DNA of 64,000 nucleotides, from positions 1,364,001-1,428,000 of the forward strand of contig JAYWIR010000017.1 in NCBI GenBank assembly GCA_036172245.1, in the 5' to 3' direction. The DNA comes from Raillietiella orientalis (lineage: Eukaryota). Each line of letters begins with the position of its first letter. Within the stretch, counting starts at the first letter, position 1. Positions 24,401 to 39,044 of the stretch are shown piece by piece. The position numbers and the translations under genes were made by a program. The notes under the pieces are model-generated. The model ran no database searches, was not told where the DNA came from, and was given only the letters and a program-made list of their open reading frames with translations.

Positions 24401-25799
24401 CTCTCGGCGGGTTCCGTGGGAAGGAGTCAGGACCGCTTCCGACTTGACCCGCGGGCAGGAGTGAACGCGGGAAAACCAGGAAGCGGAAGGGGGAAAGTAG
24501 CTCTTCGATGGTCTTCGCTTCCTCGTTCCTCCGCGTCGCGTCTCGTTCCTTCTTCAGAGGAAGGTCAGCATGACCTCTGCCGTCCTGCTCGCTTGACCGA
24601 AGAGGCGAAGCGAGAGACGAGCTCTTGATGCGGCAACGAGCAGCGAGCATCCGAAGGTGGTCCAGAGCAACGAAGCCTGGACAGCTCCCCTAGAGGGCAC
24701 ATAATGCCCGCGGATGGACCGGTGCTTCTCCCACTTACTCCTTCACGGTGTCTGGAGATGCTCTACTTAGCCTATCTCTGCCTCCATTTCCATCTACATT
24801 TTACAAGTAGACACAAATGTACGTCCAAATAAATTGGCATGCATATGCACGGACTCATGAATGTAAAGAGACGTGTGTTATATTTTACATGTTTGGTATA
24901 CATGTGTAATAATACATGCATACATATATACTGTACATGTAAATTGTATTATTTGAACACGTTTAAAGTAGGGGCGCGTGCACGTGCTGAGGTCTGCCAG
25001 CATTGGTGTTCGTGGCAGACTCTGAGGAACGAGCTCAGCTTGTTCCTCAGAGTTTCTGGCAAGGAATTAAGAACTCCAAGAAGTGACCATCGTGACCAAA
25101 TTCGTTTCCGAAACCGGAAAGCCGAGCTCGGATCTGCTCCTCCTTCCGCAGCCGGAAATCCCAGAATGGTATAGTTCTCCCGCGATGCTCTTTCCCATCC
25201 GTTATGCCGGCTCCCCCCGAAGTCATCCACCGAAAACAACGGATTGGAGAGCAGTCTCTAGGAGGCATTGGCACTCCCCTTGCGAGAAGCCCGGGCACTG
25301 TAACTGGGGGGAAGGGGGGGGGATTGCGATGCGGTCCCTGTTCCCTCCGCCGAGTAGGATGTCCCGCTCCTCTGGCATGGGAGCTGAGGGCATCTTCTCT
25401 AGATTGGGAGGCTAGACTCTGCCGTAGACTCTGCCGTCGGGAATGAAAGAAGGCTCTTTCATGGAAGGAAGGAGATCATTCCAGCTGCTATTCTTGCATC
25501 CAGAGTGTCTGCTGATCGAAACACGAGGGCAAAAGGCCAGACCTCTGCGAGCAGGCGAAAGAAGAAATGGAGGAACTGCAAGAATTTCGCAATTGTCTTT
25601 GTTCCTTCCTAAAAGACGCCAGTTAGCAACAGCCAGCTCTCAGTCCCCTGCTCTCCGTTCGGGGAATCCGTTTCGGCCTCAGGCAGGACCTGAATCCAGA
25701 CGGTGGTGCTTTCCCCGTAAGCAAGCGGGAGCACCGAAGGTCTGTCCGCGGCGCATTCTTTAGCGTATATCTGCAGGAGACGCGACCGCCTTCACCCGC

Positions 25800-26500
25800 T
25801 TGAATCTTCTTCTCTTCGAATGAAAAAAAAAAAACGTCCTATGCGAGGAGGCCCGCGTCCACTGCAGCTTTCAGAACGAGAAGTCGTTCAAACGCTGCCT
25901 GTTTTCACAAGCGAGGATTCGAAGAGATGGGGCACAGCTTGCAGCCTCCTTAAGAGCTGCTTTCAAGTGAGCGGCGAAGCGGAGAGACAGGAGCGACTTC
26001 AAGCACCGAAGACACCGCTGGGAAGGATGAGGTGTTGCCCTCGAGAAACGCGCTCGGGTTCCATCTTCGGAGTCCTCGGGGGAGCAGAGGGGAGAAAAGC
26101 ACAAATCCTCTTTTTCGCAAGCTCTTTCTCCCCCAGAACTCTCAACTCGGCAGACCGGTGAGAGTCCGTGGGAGGCGACTGCAAGGCAGTGAACTCGAAA
26201 ACCTTCAGTCGGGTCCAGGAAGTGGACCAAACGTGGATATGCAGTCTTTAGCACGTCTCGCGGCATGGCCGATGGCTTTTACGCTTAGAGGAACCTTTGT
26301 TCCCTGTTCACTTGAACCTGGTCAGATGGGAGTTTTCGGGAGAGAGATCCTCTCCCTGTTCTGGGGAAGGAGAAGGAGGAAAGAACTCCCTTGTTGACGG
26401 AACTCTGGCTGTGCTCCTTCCTGGTCTTCGTATTTTCCGAGATCCACCGACGTGCCTCTGTTTGCCTTACTCTTCTTTGACGGGAAGCTCGATTCGTTTG
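25800..26500 (-). mobile_element. Degraded Ty3/Gypsy RT fragment
   Basis: Minus-strand DVLKTAYP (~26230-26260) resembles the KTAF motif; weak evidence. Confidence 0.3.
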
Positions 26501-29401
26501 TTTCCGAAATTGGAATTCGAAACAGTCCGAAACCTCGCAGGGAGGTGGATGGTCACACAGTCTGCGTAGTCTGCGTAGGAAGAAAATTAATGGAACGGAA
26601 GGCTGCCTCCCCAGCCTTGATTGCACCAGATGACGATGACCACAGGAACATCCCTGTCCGAAGTGAAAAGACGGCTGCTCAGGTAGGAGGTAACAGCAGT
26701 CAGTGGTTGCTTGCAAACGGTTGCTGGAGGAGGGGGGAGGGAGAACTGCTGCATTTGCAACACTCTGTTGAAGTTCATGGGGTCAGATGAAACAGTCGTG
26801 TAATCTTCGGACGTTCCGCCGCTAGTGCAGGGAGGTTTATCTCGGGATTGCAAACGACTCGTCCCTCTGGACTGTCTACAATATTTTAATTTGTTTCCAA
26901 TTGGAAATGAGAGTTTAAGCTGTGCTGTGGATTTCGAAGACTCCTTGGACCACAAGTCGTCCTCTTGGCGCCTCCGACGTGCTCACTGTGCGTGCCGGAC
27001 GACATGCCGCGCTTTCCACCTTCGGTCCTTTTTAGTTTCTGTAGCGTAAGAAGTGCTTACGTTAATCGGGATAAATTTTCTTCTCGGGATTGCGGGACCG
27101 TCGGATTATGGCTTTCCGATGGGCATGTGAGAATCATCTCCAGAGTTTGGAAACTCCTCCGACTGCTTTTCCTATATATTCAGCTTGCAACCCGCTGATT
27201 CTGTTGTTTCCATTCGTACCGGAGCTGTCTGTAACCGCTTGCAGCGACCGTCACCTGGAATCTTCTCTTTAAAAGGGCTTCCTCCATTCTGAGATAGCAC
27301 CCCACTATTTTTAATTTTTTCTTGGAATTCTCTCAAGCTCTCACCTTAGCACCCTGCCTTTCCTAACGCAGTGCCAATTTCATCACCAGAGCTTGTTCTC
27401 CCATGAGTTCTCCTTGTTCCTCCATCTAGTCATTTGCTTTGGATTCTGTTGGAATCGCTTGAACTTCTTGTCTTGCACCGGGCTGCAGAAACACATCTTG
27501 GAAAAAGTCAAACGCAAACCCTCTGGTTGGCTTTTCCACCGAAGCACAAATTCCTCGAACACTCCTCGATTAGAAAACGTTCCCTTGGTGATACCCGAAC
27601 AGTGTGCCTCAAGAGTAGAGATACCCTCCAGAAGCAAAAATTTCCACAGCGGAAGAAGCAAACTCTTAGTGCGTTTTCAGGATTTTCATTCGGGGGAACT
27701 TTTTTTTTTTTTTTCTTTTAGGAGTTGTACAGATAGATTGGGCGCATCTGCAATGCTTTAGGTGTTTGATCTTTAGAGGGCTGCTATCAAAAAAATACCA
27801 TCAGCTTCTGAAAATGCAAGCTAACAAATAGTGCTTCATTTCGCTGGCACGAAAATAAGAATGAGAAATGATACGGTTGCAGCACTCACCATTATCTATA
27901 GATAAATAGGTACCTGGTGAACAGGGCTTGGAATAATAATCGCGTACCTACTTATCTATAAAAGACATTTAAAAGACAACACCTCTGTTGTCCATCTATA
28001 AGAATGAGTTTCTTGTGTGTGGTGTGGAACACATAACTCCGTCTTTTGCAGCATGCGTTGAAAATCATTTTCGGTGCAGCTGCTACGCAAATGATAGCTG
28101 AAAGTGATTACTCGAAGGGATAGGCAACGAAGCCACTATTCCCAGAGTAATGAAGAAGACAAATAGCTTTTGATGCTTCGTAATGGCCATTGTGATTTCT
28201 TTAATGGAGGACATTCACGGATTTTCAGGAACAGATCTGATTGCAGAATCTTCATTGTGATGCATGAAAATAAGGATTCGGGGGGGTAGGGGGGCAAATA
28301 AATCCAAAGTAATGTAACTAATCGAAATTTTGGTTCTTTCGCGCTTATCGGCCGGTCTTAAATGCTCAATCACACCACAGCTGGTTCATAGATTTGCAAA
28401 CTCGAAGACGCTTCGCCAAGTCCTGCTGTTATCTTTCGTGGAGCCCGTAACCATTTTATTTTCCTCCGAAAAACCTGTCCGTTCAGACATTTCGTTTTTC
28501 CTGACTCTGAGCGAAGAATCGGAAAAGCTGCGCCTGTCTGCTGCTATTGTCCAACTCTGCAGAGAATCTCGTTCTACACGTCGTGAGTACGGGCAAACCA
28601 TCCACGTAATGTCGGACACACCGCCCCTTGTTGTCTTAGAAACCTTTAATCTGCTTACCCGGCGACTTTGCTTAAGTTCCGTTTACTTTCCTTTTAACAT
28701 CATGATGAGACGCCTTCCTCTGAATGCTGTCAGTTGCGGCATGCTTGGTATCCTCCGTCCACTCGCTGCTGAAGAAGGAAAACCAGAGTTTTCGTGCCCA
28801 TCGAACACGCGCCCTCTCTCGGTTTCCGAAACGTTCTGCTTTGCAGCACTATTCCATATGGTCCAGCACGAAGAATGCTAAACAACAACATCACATTGCT
28901 CAAACAACAGAGAGCAGTCGTTCCAAAGATCAGCATGCTGCGCCTTATTTTCATTTGGTGGATCGGACACCACCGTGCTGTTAATGATTCCATAATGTAA
29001 AACGAGGTAAAGCGTGAAAGACGACTTCGGGTGCCTTTGGTTGTCGCTTTTTTTTGCGTGGAGTTCCGCACCAACTCTTTGGCAAATTTTCAAATGATTC
29101 AAAGAGTGGGAAAATTTACCGAAAGGTGCTATCACTGCATTTGAATTAAATTTAAGAAAAACAGTTTAGTTCGACCTCTCCTTGTCGTAACTGAGAAAGC
29201 GTAGAGAAATTGGTGTCAGGACAAATAAGAGGTACAACGAAAATGAGTGAGGATGTGTGCAAGAAATTTTAGAGACCGATTTGGCTTCGCATTTCTAGGT
29301 TTTCGATCAAACATTCTATTGAAAAGGATTTGTGATCATAACAGCATGCAGGGAAAAAGACGTCTAGTGCACAACGAATGCATTCCCTACCTGTAGTCTC
29401 C

Positions 29402-29404
<3 letters not shown>

Positions 29405-29443
<39 letters not shown>
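29405..29443. repeat. (CT)n microsatellite followed by a C run
   Basis: Direct reading of the sequence. Confidence 0.95.
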
Positions 29444-29446
<3 letters not shown>

Positions 29447-29599
29447 CCCCCCCCAAAGAAAAAAACAGAACAACAAATACAACGTTTCAGTTTCCGATTA
29501 AAACTTCGAAGCTGTGAAGCTGAAAGAAAAGAAATAAGCGCAATTCTTATATTTCTCCTTTTCATGTCATAACATCGTTTCATGTCTTATCTGGTTCTG

Positions 29600-32400
29600 C
29601 CGCCGCTCTTACGGCATCTTAGATGCACGCGTTTGAAGAGAATTTCCCATTGCTGCATGATCTTCGAAAATTACTGGTAATGCATGTTTAATTACCTGGG
29701 CAAGATGGGGAGGTAGGTACCACTCGCTTCTCAATCGAAATGCTCGGTTACCGAGATCATGTAGCTGCGATGATCCCGAAAATCATTGCCACTATCAAGG
29801 TTGTTTCATGGCTGAATTTGTTGGAAAAATGCTCAGCTACAATTTATGAATCCCTTCTTTTGGAAACGCGCACCTCCAAATGAATGGGCAAATCTTCAAC
29901 ACGCTCTTGTAATCGGCTTTCTTTGAATTCCTGCTGTTCGGAGGGATTTCCCTGATCATCGCTAATTAGGTTGAACAAGAGTTTTCAGGATATTCGTGCC
30001 TTGTCTTTAGTTTCTGACTCCGGCTTCCAACTGTTCCATCAATACCATCTTCTCTCTCCCTACATCAATGCACATTTGTAGAACGAATAAGGTCATTCAT
30101 CATACGCTTCCATTATTCCAATCCTAAGGATCTCTGAAGCTTGTTGTGGGGTGGGTTCTGAGCTGAGACACGCTCTCCGGTACAGAAACCACAAATCATT
30201 CAGAATCATCGATTTGCATTTGTGCTACTAAGGATGATTTTTTCCTTGAGAGTTACGTCATGCCCCTGATTTGTGCATTTCTTCCTAGCGTTTTCGGAAA
30301 TGTCACAGATTGAGGCTTTTTTTTTCCCTTCTTGCACTGAAGGAACTCTGAAAATTGCACCGCGTGTTTGCCTCCGTGCTGGTAGGTGTAAATTTTATTC
30401 TTTTATTTCAGTGCTTCGGTCTCTCGCTTGTGTTTTGCAATGTAGCCGAGTAGGGAAACGAACTCCCAACGGTATATCATCATTCCAAATAATGATTTTC
30501 CAAAGACACTTCAATGTGCCACAACGCGCAAAACGCCAGAATTCTAAAATTGTGCAAAAGTTCTGAAATAGAGAATAAAGGACACTGGCATTTTCTTCCT
30601 GCGAGTTCCGTCTTCGGTTCTTTGCAGATTCCCGAACGCTTGCTCCAGTCCCCCCGCATAATAACTCAGTATTCTCAGATCTCCTCATGCCTTGTACGGA
30701 AGCTTTTCACGGATTTGAAGCGACCGAGAATTCCTTTATAAATAGGTTTCCTCTGTACGGGAATTGGAACTTTCTATGGCTTACCCCGATCGAAGACATT
30801 CCGATTTTCCTGAAGGATGAGTTCTTTCAGACTGACTTGCTAATGCTTCAACATGCTCTTGACCTCATTCGTAGTCATCCGTTCTTCACTTGGAACTGTT
30901 GTTTATTGAGTGGATGGTGGTTCACGAAGTCTCTACAATCTTTGGAATTCCATTTACTTATTACCCAGCTTTGAGCTGCTTGCTGCAAACAAGTTTTTTA
31001 CTTTTCATCTTCGTTTGCTGTTGGTTTGTGATGCTGCTTGTATCTAAGCGTTACCATAAAAACATGAGTTTTTTTTTTTTTTTAAAAAACATACTGATTA
31101 ATCTAACGTGGTTATACCAGTGTTCTACGGAATAGTACAATAGCCACAGAACCACTAGGTGCACCGCTATTACGCTGAGCTCAAAACAAAAGCTCATCTC
31201 AGAGTGTGCAGCTGCAAGTATTCATCCCCCATGCATAGGTACCACGAAGATTGGCATCAAACGAATTCTAAAATCCTATTCTTGATCTTTGAGATCTTGT
31301 AAAGCTTTAGCAATTCACTTTTTAGAACGTTTCTCTCGCCTTCAAGTGGCCTACTTATCTGTGTCGATTTGGCCGAGGCGAAAGGAAACAAAAACAATTC
31401 TACTCTTGTAGAATGGGAAACCTTGAGAGATGATTCCAGGTTGGTTCCTCCCCACTTTGATTGGAACCTCTAGCAAAATGACAGACCGTACTGTGCACCT
31501 TCGTTTTCGTGTTTGCACGAATGGTGTAATCTTGTAATGTGCACGCTGCAATGTGCTCGTTTCGAACGTGTTGTCTTGCACTCTTTAGCACTTCATTCCC
31601 CGAAAGGATGAATCCTCGTTAAAGAGAAGGACTTTATGGAGAACATTGTGAGAACTTCTTACACCTCTTATCCCTACGTAGCTACGTTCATTCGGAACAA
31701 GGGACTTTCCATGACTATCAGAATTCCATTTTCTGCTCATTCAGGCAGTTGCTTCTACACTCGATCTCTTCCGAGGTGAAGAAACGTGGCATTGAGCATG
31801 CACACCATGCTAGTGAACTCTGCGTGTGTGAATTCTATTTTTCTATCTTCTCACTGCTAGTTGGTTTCCGCCTCTATTCACTTTCGTGCTGCTTTCCCGC
31901 TCAAATCGTCTCCTGGAAACCACATTTTTCTTATTCCCATATGATTTCAAGTTTTATACTAGAAACCATTCTTTGATTGCGGAAAAACCGCAAAGATCGC
32001 AGTGGGGTGCGTTGCCAGAAGGGATCCGAATGAAATTCCTGTGACGCTGCATCTCTCGGTATGCGTCTTTTGTGTTGCATTAGGAAGTTTGCTCTTCCTG
32101 TTGCCAGTAATTGCAAGCAACAAGTCGGTACAAACTCAAGTCTTCGGTGGAGGATCCAAGGAGCAAACTGCCAGAGAATTGTGCAGCACATCGATCTTTC
32201 GCAGCTTGCACTTGCTGTGTTCTGGAACGTTCGCGTGGATGTTTGCTTCTCGCCTGCCCTGTTTTGTGTGTGACTCGAAACGTCAAGAACCTCGGGTGAC
32301 GAGGACCATCCTGAAGTCTTTCTCTTTGAAGAATCACAGCAAAAGTTTCCTGATCTTTCGATGTCACGCTGACGCTTCATCATCTGTCTTGGAATATCTT
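29600..32400 (-). mobile_element. Degraded Ty3/Gypsy gag-pol remnant
   Basis: Minus-strand order: gag knuckle-like ACNYWQQEEQTS*C (~32070-32120), RT PIFVVPMHGG (~31225-31257), LRILSYY (~30655-30680), integrase-like LDSGNDF / TSPSCP (~29695-29805). Confidence 0.45.
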
Positions 32401-33499
32401 CCTTTTTTCAAGCATTTTCAGTATCCTTCAAGCAGTTGCTGGTGATGAGAGGTTTTTTTTTTTTTTTTTTATTGTCGGTTTTCTTACCGCTTCACTCTTC
32501 AAACCAACTCTGAATCGGAACTTTGTCGTGCGTACACGTAGCGGATGTGTTAGGTGATTAATTTAGCAAACTTAGCCCAACTGACTCCGAATAAAAAAAA
32601 AAAAACATCGTTATTTAGAAGAACAAAGTCCTGAGTGACGTGTCTGGATGAGTGCCCTGGAATTTTCCTGTGAAGAATCACAACAAAAATAAGAGACGAG
32701 ATCGTCCGTCATTCCATCAATCCAGAGGCTTCCTGAAAGCTTACAGCAGGAATTGAAATCTATTTCCTCGTCAGCTTTGCTTTCCCTCCCTGGTACTTCC
32801 CAATCTCCAGCAGTTCCGCTTCGCATGTAGGTCAGGTTTTCCTGATTTACCTTCCTCGTTTCGGCTCCCAGCACGCGTCCCCGACGTCTCCATTTGTTCT
32901 GATAGCCATCAGCGATCATTAGCTGTGAGAACCAGCAGTGCTTCCCGTCATCCCACTTTTATTGCGGCGACCACTAATCTGCATAGATAGAATGTTACAG
33001 ATTCTCCTTGGAGCACCTAATTTGAGACTCTCCCTCTCCGGGTCAGTCCGCGATTTCTCGAATGTGGACTTGGAAAGACGAACTCTGTGGTTCTCTCTCT
33101 CTCTCTCTCGATCCACGGGGACGAGAGAGTCGAAGATCATGGAGAAGTGCTTTCTGTGGACGAGACCCCGCAGAAAGCACTTGCTTTCTTCTTCGCCCCG
33201 AGACACTCCCTTGATTTCTTCTTCGCCTCGTGGACGGTTCGCACTGGAGCGGTCTCATCCAAGGAGGAGATGAGATCGCCGGTCTGTGCGCTGAACGCGC
33301 GCGCTTCGACGGGGTCTTCGGGGTGTGCGGAGATGTGTTTTTTGGAGTCACCTCCGGAACTTTTTGCATCCTTTGATCATGGCTGCCCTTCATCACCACG
33401 CGGCTCTCGGATACCAACAAGCCCGACCAAGTTTTCGGTCTCTGTGGCCCACGAAAAAAAAAAAAAGAAAGGGAAATTCTACGTTTCCAAAAGCGCGTC

Positions 33500-36400
33500 G
33501 TCCCAGCTTCTTGTGCCTCTTTGTGAGTCCACATAAGAATTTCCTAAGGAATTTTTTCTCGGCAGAGGTCTTTATAAAGATGCGCTCGTAGTGCGTGACC
33601 ACTATCAGACCATTCCTGCTACTCACTGCCCCGGATTCTTTGGAACTGCAAGTGCCAATTCGGCAGAGAAGATCAAAGCGGAAGCAAAAGGACCAGCCTC
33701 GAATAAGGAATCTGAGATGACCAGTCCTTAACTCGGGGGCCGCAGCTGCGGTCATGCTCGGAGAGCCGCTGGTCTGTTGTTATGTTCCACCGACAGCAGC
33801 CGCGCCGTAGCCCATCTTCCTCGTGCCTGAAAGCGCATCTTTCTCCGGTCGTGTGACCTCGGGCAGGTGATGTTTCCATTTGCCTTTTTGTTCGCATGGA
33901 GGGTCTTCTGGGGCTCTGCGAGAGAAGGGCTCTGCAAAACGAGTTGGCGGGTAAGCGGGGGTGGTCCTCGGGCGACTCTGTGAGCTAATGCTGCTGCTGG
34001 TCGGAGTCCCCATCCAAGCAGCAGCGACCGCTTTTGCTGCACCTTAACGGAAGAAGCGCTCAAAGAACCGACGAACCCCCTTCCCCTCCCCTTCTTCCTT
34101 TCCTTCATCGCTCCCTTCTTTCGTTCTTTTTCTTGCGCAGGCCCTCTGCCTCAGAAATGCCTTTCACCTCGGGGTGTTGAGGAGCGGAAAGTACGAGAGC
34201 GATGTGATCCTCTCACATCTGCCCTTCCCGGCCGTGTCCGCGCTTCCGCCAGCTTTTGCCCAGCCAGCTGGGGAAGAGACCTGGAGCGAACAGTCTCCTT
34301 CTCCCTTCGAGGGGCGCTGCTGCAGCTCCCGGGGTCCTTCCCGAAGAGGGCCTTCTCCGCCGCGCCCCCTATCCAGCTTTCGGAAGCTTCCTTCTCTCCA
34401 TTCTCGAGGTCGTCGAAACCTCTTGATGGGCGCGTCTTTCTTGGATGTCTCTGTCAGGCCTCCTTCCGAAAGACGCGCTCAGCTGGGAGCCTCTGCTCGA
34501 CGGTAGCCGGCGGAGATGTAGCCAACCGTGCTTTTCTCTTCTTGGAAGGGAGGAGAGAGGGGGAAGGAGTGCAGGAAATAGGCAAGGGGGGACGGAAGTG
34601 CATTGTGTTCTCCTCACGCGTCGTCGTGCACCCGACTGACCACTCTTAGACTCCGCTTCCCACCTTTTCGTAGGGACCGGGTCCCCTCCTGCCGGTCTGG
34701 GGTTCCTCGGTCGTTTCTTCCCAACGTCGCTTCTGTCCTGTTCCTATTACTACTGGGCGGATTTGGGAAGGGGAAAACTGGGGCGGGAAAGGAAGGTTCG
34801 GAAAATGGCGCCCCTGCCGTCTCCACCTACGTGATCTCAAATCGGTCTTTCGGACCAAGGACGATTACCGAGGCGATATCACTCGGGGAGGCTTCTCCCG
34901 TGGTGCCCCTGAAGTCTGCACCGTGCAGAAGCGGCGCCTCGCTCTTGGACTCCCAGGCCGGTAGGAGCGGTGGCGAGGACCACCGTGCTTTCCCCTGGAA
35001 CCTGATGCAAGATCGGACGGAAGAACGGAGAGGACCGCTATGGCCCTGGGGTGGAGGAGAGTCGGTTAAGGTCCGAGGAAAAGGAGAGGCTGGCGAAGAG
35101 TGAAGGCGTGTTCCGGGAGGAAGGTGGCAGGACGACAGGACTCTCCCGGCAACTCCCTGGGCGACGCAGCTTGGAGCGGCTCCTGCATTTCACCTCCTGC
35201 TGCCGGATCACAGGAGCAGCTCCCGCAAGGACTCGCTCCCGGTGAAGGTCCCTTGAACCTGTGCTGGCCGCAGATGAAGGCTTCTTCTTTCACGGCTCGT
35301 TAGGTGACGATAGTTCGCCCGTTTTCGTTTTGCTCTTCCTTCCGGTGATCTGGTCGTCCCCTCGAGAAGCTGTTGGGTAGCTCCACTCCCCCTTGACACG
35401 GCATCCTGGTCTAGCTGGTGGTCTCCCGCGAACGCCACTGGAAAAATCTCGTCAGTTAAACTTGGAGTTTGGAGGTTCTTCTTGCACCGCTGCTGTCCTC
35501 ATTCCTCGTCTTCGCTCTCCATCCGCAAACTCTTGGTGTGCTCGGCTTGAATTAAAGACATTCACTAGATGGCGCGTGAGCCCTTTCTCCGCACACGGAG
35601 AAACGGCTCACGTGCCAACCTCCGCCGACCTTCCTCTATAAGTACGAATGAGAGCGAAGAGCCTGAAAACCACGCGCTTCGGTATTCCTGCGTGTCACGA
35701 TGTGGCAGTGGCGGTCTGGTCCGAGAGCAGCTGGAAGCGCGCCATGGGCAGCTCCCTCTGCACAGTCGGTCCGAAGTTTCTGAGAGAACACCGCAAACCA
35801 GACGAGCTTGTCCTTTTCTCCACGTGGAAACTCGGGAGCTGGGAGACGACTTTTCCATCTTGATGGCCGGTTGTGTGACTACTTCAAAGCGCTCCTCAAA
35901 TCGGCTGCCAGAGCTGTGTCGTCCAGATACACGTTTCCCGGCTGTGCCTTTCCCCAGAATCTGCATCTTTTTGGTGCTCGTCAGGGAAAATCGAAATAGT
36001 GGCTCCTCCTCCTCCTCTTTTCATCTCTTCTTTCCATGGCCTTCCTTTGGCCATTCTCACATCGATTGGGCAGACTCCATTCTTTCGCCAGGTGTCCAAG
36101 CACCTTTCGAGTTGCAGCTGTTCCTCAGCACTTCAGTGAGGCTTTTACCGTCTTCACGCGCTCTTCGCTTTGCCATCATCCTTCTGTGCTACGAGGGGAC
36201 TCGGAGGCCTTCAGGTTCCTTATCCCCATTCATCCCCTATTCTGGTTCCTTCCGGAGATACCGTATTTTTCAGTGTTGCTTGTCTTGTTCTTGAATTGCT
36301 CCCTAAGAAACGACCTCCATGCTGCACTCAGGGAACTCACGCTCCTGCTGATGGAGATACAGATTACTCAGCCGAGCAGCGAATAGCCTTCAAAACCAAG

Positions 36401-38300
36401 AGCTAAAGTGTAAAGTAGCATCTCAGAGCGAAGTGACCTTCAGAACGTCAGCGGAGAGTGGCCAGGACTGGGTAACGGTCAAAGACTCTCGACAACATCC
36501 GTTTAGATGGAAGACAAGAGTGGTCCGGCTGTCTTAACTGGAGGCGTTTTCTTTGTAGAGCGAGGTCAGCAGGGTCGAAATACTGGTCACTTGTGTGTCC
36601 TGTGTTGTGCCAGTTGCAAAGTGTCCGGGGGCGCATTCAGGGTCAAACGCCCCTGTGACGTCCTGCTCTACACGGCATGGTCAGTGCCAGGTTTCGTAGC
36701 GCGAGAAGGGAAGACCGTGGGATGACACAATCTATGATTGTTCCTAGGCTCCTGTAAAACTAGTCACCCGTCCACCTCGGGAATGATTTTCCACCATTAA
36801 CCGACGTCTTCATTGGACGGATCCTCAGGATGCATTATTTTCGGTGGCTGGTCCTATTGCCGGATGTTCTCATATCGACACGTTCCTGCCCGCCCATGCT
36901 TGCCTTTCTTTCCCGACGCGTGGTGGCGATTCGTGTCCTGGTTCCTCTTGGACCGAGCAGCATCCACCTCTCACTCATTCGGGCGTATTCGCGCGAATGC
37001 TTTCGAGGACTGGGAAGCAGAAGAGCTCGGCAGGGGCTTGCAAAGAGGTTGCTCTTTCATGGGCTCCTCTCCCGGGCGAAGTTGCAGCCTCAGCCGGCTC
37101 GTCGCTCGCCGGAGCGGTGGAGGGCAGGCGAAGCGAGGGCTTCCTAGAGGAGCACATGCGATCGTCAGTTTCCTCCAGTAGGATTACGGATCCGCGAGCC
37201 ATCCGAGAATCGACGGCTGTCTGGAACTCGACTCCCGATCCCCAACGCGCGCACGTCGTCTGCAGACTACAGGCAGGCCCTACTCTCCCGCTGTCGCTCC
37301 TTCACAGTTCGCATGTATTCCTTCGGTTGCGATTACGCGGTACCACGAGTTCCCGTTCAGTGGTGTGCAAGTGCGCTTCCTCGGCAGGAACGAAGTGATG
37401 CCGAGCGAGTATCAGATGCTGCTACCTTAGAGGAGAGTGGGAGAGGAGACCATGCAGCTTAGCAACAGAGGCTGCGCCTGTGCGCTTCGCAGAGTTTCCG
37501 TGCCTGCTAAAATCACCTTCCGAAACGGCGTGTCAGTATCGAACGAGATGCATGCGTTTTTCCTCTGCTCGTGAGGAACATGGCCATCATGATGCAGTTT
37601 TGACGTGAGACTCCGAGGGAAGCAAAGCGAACCAACAAGACAAGTCGAAGGAAGAAGAAAACGACAACAACAAAACCCTCCTCCCCTCCCCCCCCCCAAA
37701 AAAAACAAAAAAAAAAACAAAAAAACAAACAACAAAAAAAAAAAACGCAAAGTGCTCCCAAGAAACTTCTGCGTGACGTTTGCGTTCCTGCTAGCGACCT
37801 TGAGCGGTATCCCTTCGATATTTTTTTTTTCTTCTTTCCTTCCTTTCCCTTCTGCAGAAAATTTCCCAAGTTCTCGAAGGCGCGAGATTTCTCCCGCCGC
37901 ATTTATTCGTGTTTCCCCCCTCCCCCCCCCCGCCTTCCTTGGAAACCCGGAGAAGACGAAAACGATCCATGCAGTGTGAACTTGGCTTCTTGCCAAATGT
38001 CCACAGCTCGGCGTAATGATCGGCTCGGAGATTCACCACCGCCCTAACAGAAGCTGCGTCCGGTTCGTGGTGAGTATTCGCTTTGGGCGACAGGAAAGAA
38101 TGGGCGCGTAGCTGGGCGTTCGCATGCAAAAGGCGACGCTTGATGTGTCTGGGAGTGGCGAGGCAGGAGGATCGCCGTGGATATGTCCTTGGCGATTCCT
38201 GGAGACCCGCATCCAGGGATCCGAGTGCGAACGATCTTCTCGTTTCGCGATCCTTCGAACATCCCCTTCGACTCTCTCTGCCGCTCTCATACCTCTTGCT
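33500..38300 (-). mobile_element. Degraded LINE remnant (ORF1 knuckle, RT, 3' RTGH zinc region)
   Basis: Ordered minus-strand relics: VNLRADHYA (~38010-38040), TWRKNGVCPIDVRMAKGR, IFPDEHQKDADS, QARLVCGVLSET..RG, FRLFALIRTY (LFADD-like, ~35640-35670), ELRTGHL (~33715-33735). Confidence 0.55.
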
Positions 38301-39044
38301 GGGGAAAAGACTGCTGAGAAAAAGACATTTTTTTTTTTTTTCCTTTCATGTGTGTATTTTCCCTTCTTCCGGGAAGGCAACCGGATAAGATTCCTTCCTT
38401 TAATTTTTTTTTTTTTTTTTTTCTTTCTGATGGGATGCGGTGCGTTCTCTTCACTTCAAGACTTCAAGGAAGCACGGCAGCACACTCGCATCCAGGGCGG
38501 GTTTCCTTCGGGAATCGCTTTTCACCCGCTCTTAATTATTTACCGGGAAGCGAAAAAAACGCCTACTGCTTTCGGGCTCGTCACGTGACCTGCAGGAAAT
38601 GTCTCCATCCTCCCTCAGCGCGCCCCCGTGTCACTCGTGCGATGCATAAGCAAGCAGTCAATCCCGCCGGCGGGAGTCGGTCTCTTCCATGGTTAGCTCA
38701 GCCGCAGGTGCCTTCCATCTGCCATCCACCACCATTCCGTTCTGCCGCCCCGCTTGCGTTTTTCGGGGAGTTCCCTAGCGACGAGCGTCGTGCGGAGGAG
38801 GAAACCGCGAGCTCGCAGGGGAAAAGCCGCCCCCGCAGGGTTCTTAGAAATTTCTTTCTTAGATTTTCGCTCCAGCACCTTTCCCCCTTCCGTTTTAATG
38901 TCGCGAACATCGTTTTGCGAACTCCTGCTTTTCGCTCCCAGGGACACTTGAAGCTTCTTGAAAGGTGAGAAGAGCAGCTCCGGACCGACGACGAAGGAAG
39001 GATCGCGGTTTACTGTGGCATCCTTGAGCAAGAATGCCACGGTA

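Noticed and set aside
28000..29100. Polinton-like or host coding sequence (ORF 28330-28881)
   Set aside because: Only vague motif resemblance, with no convincing splice sites or domain.
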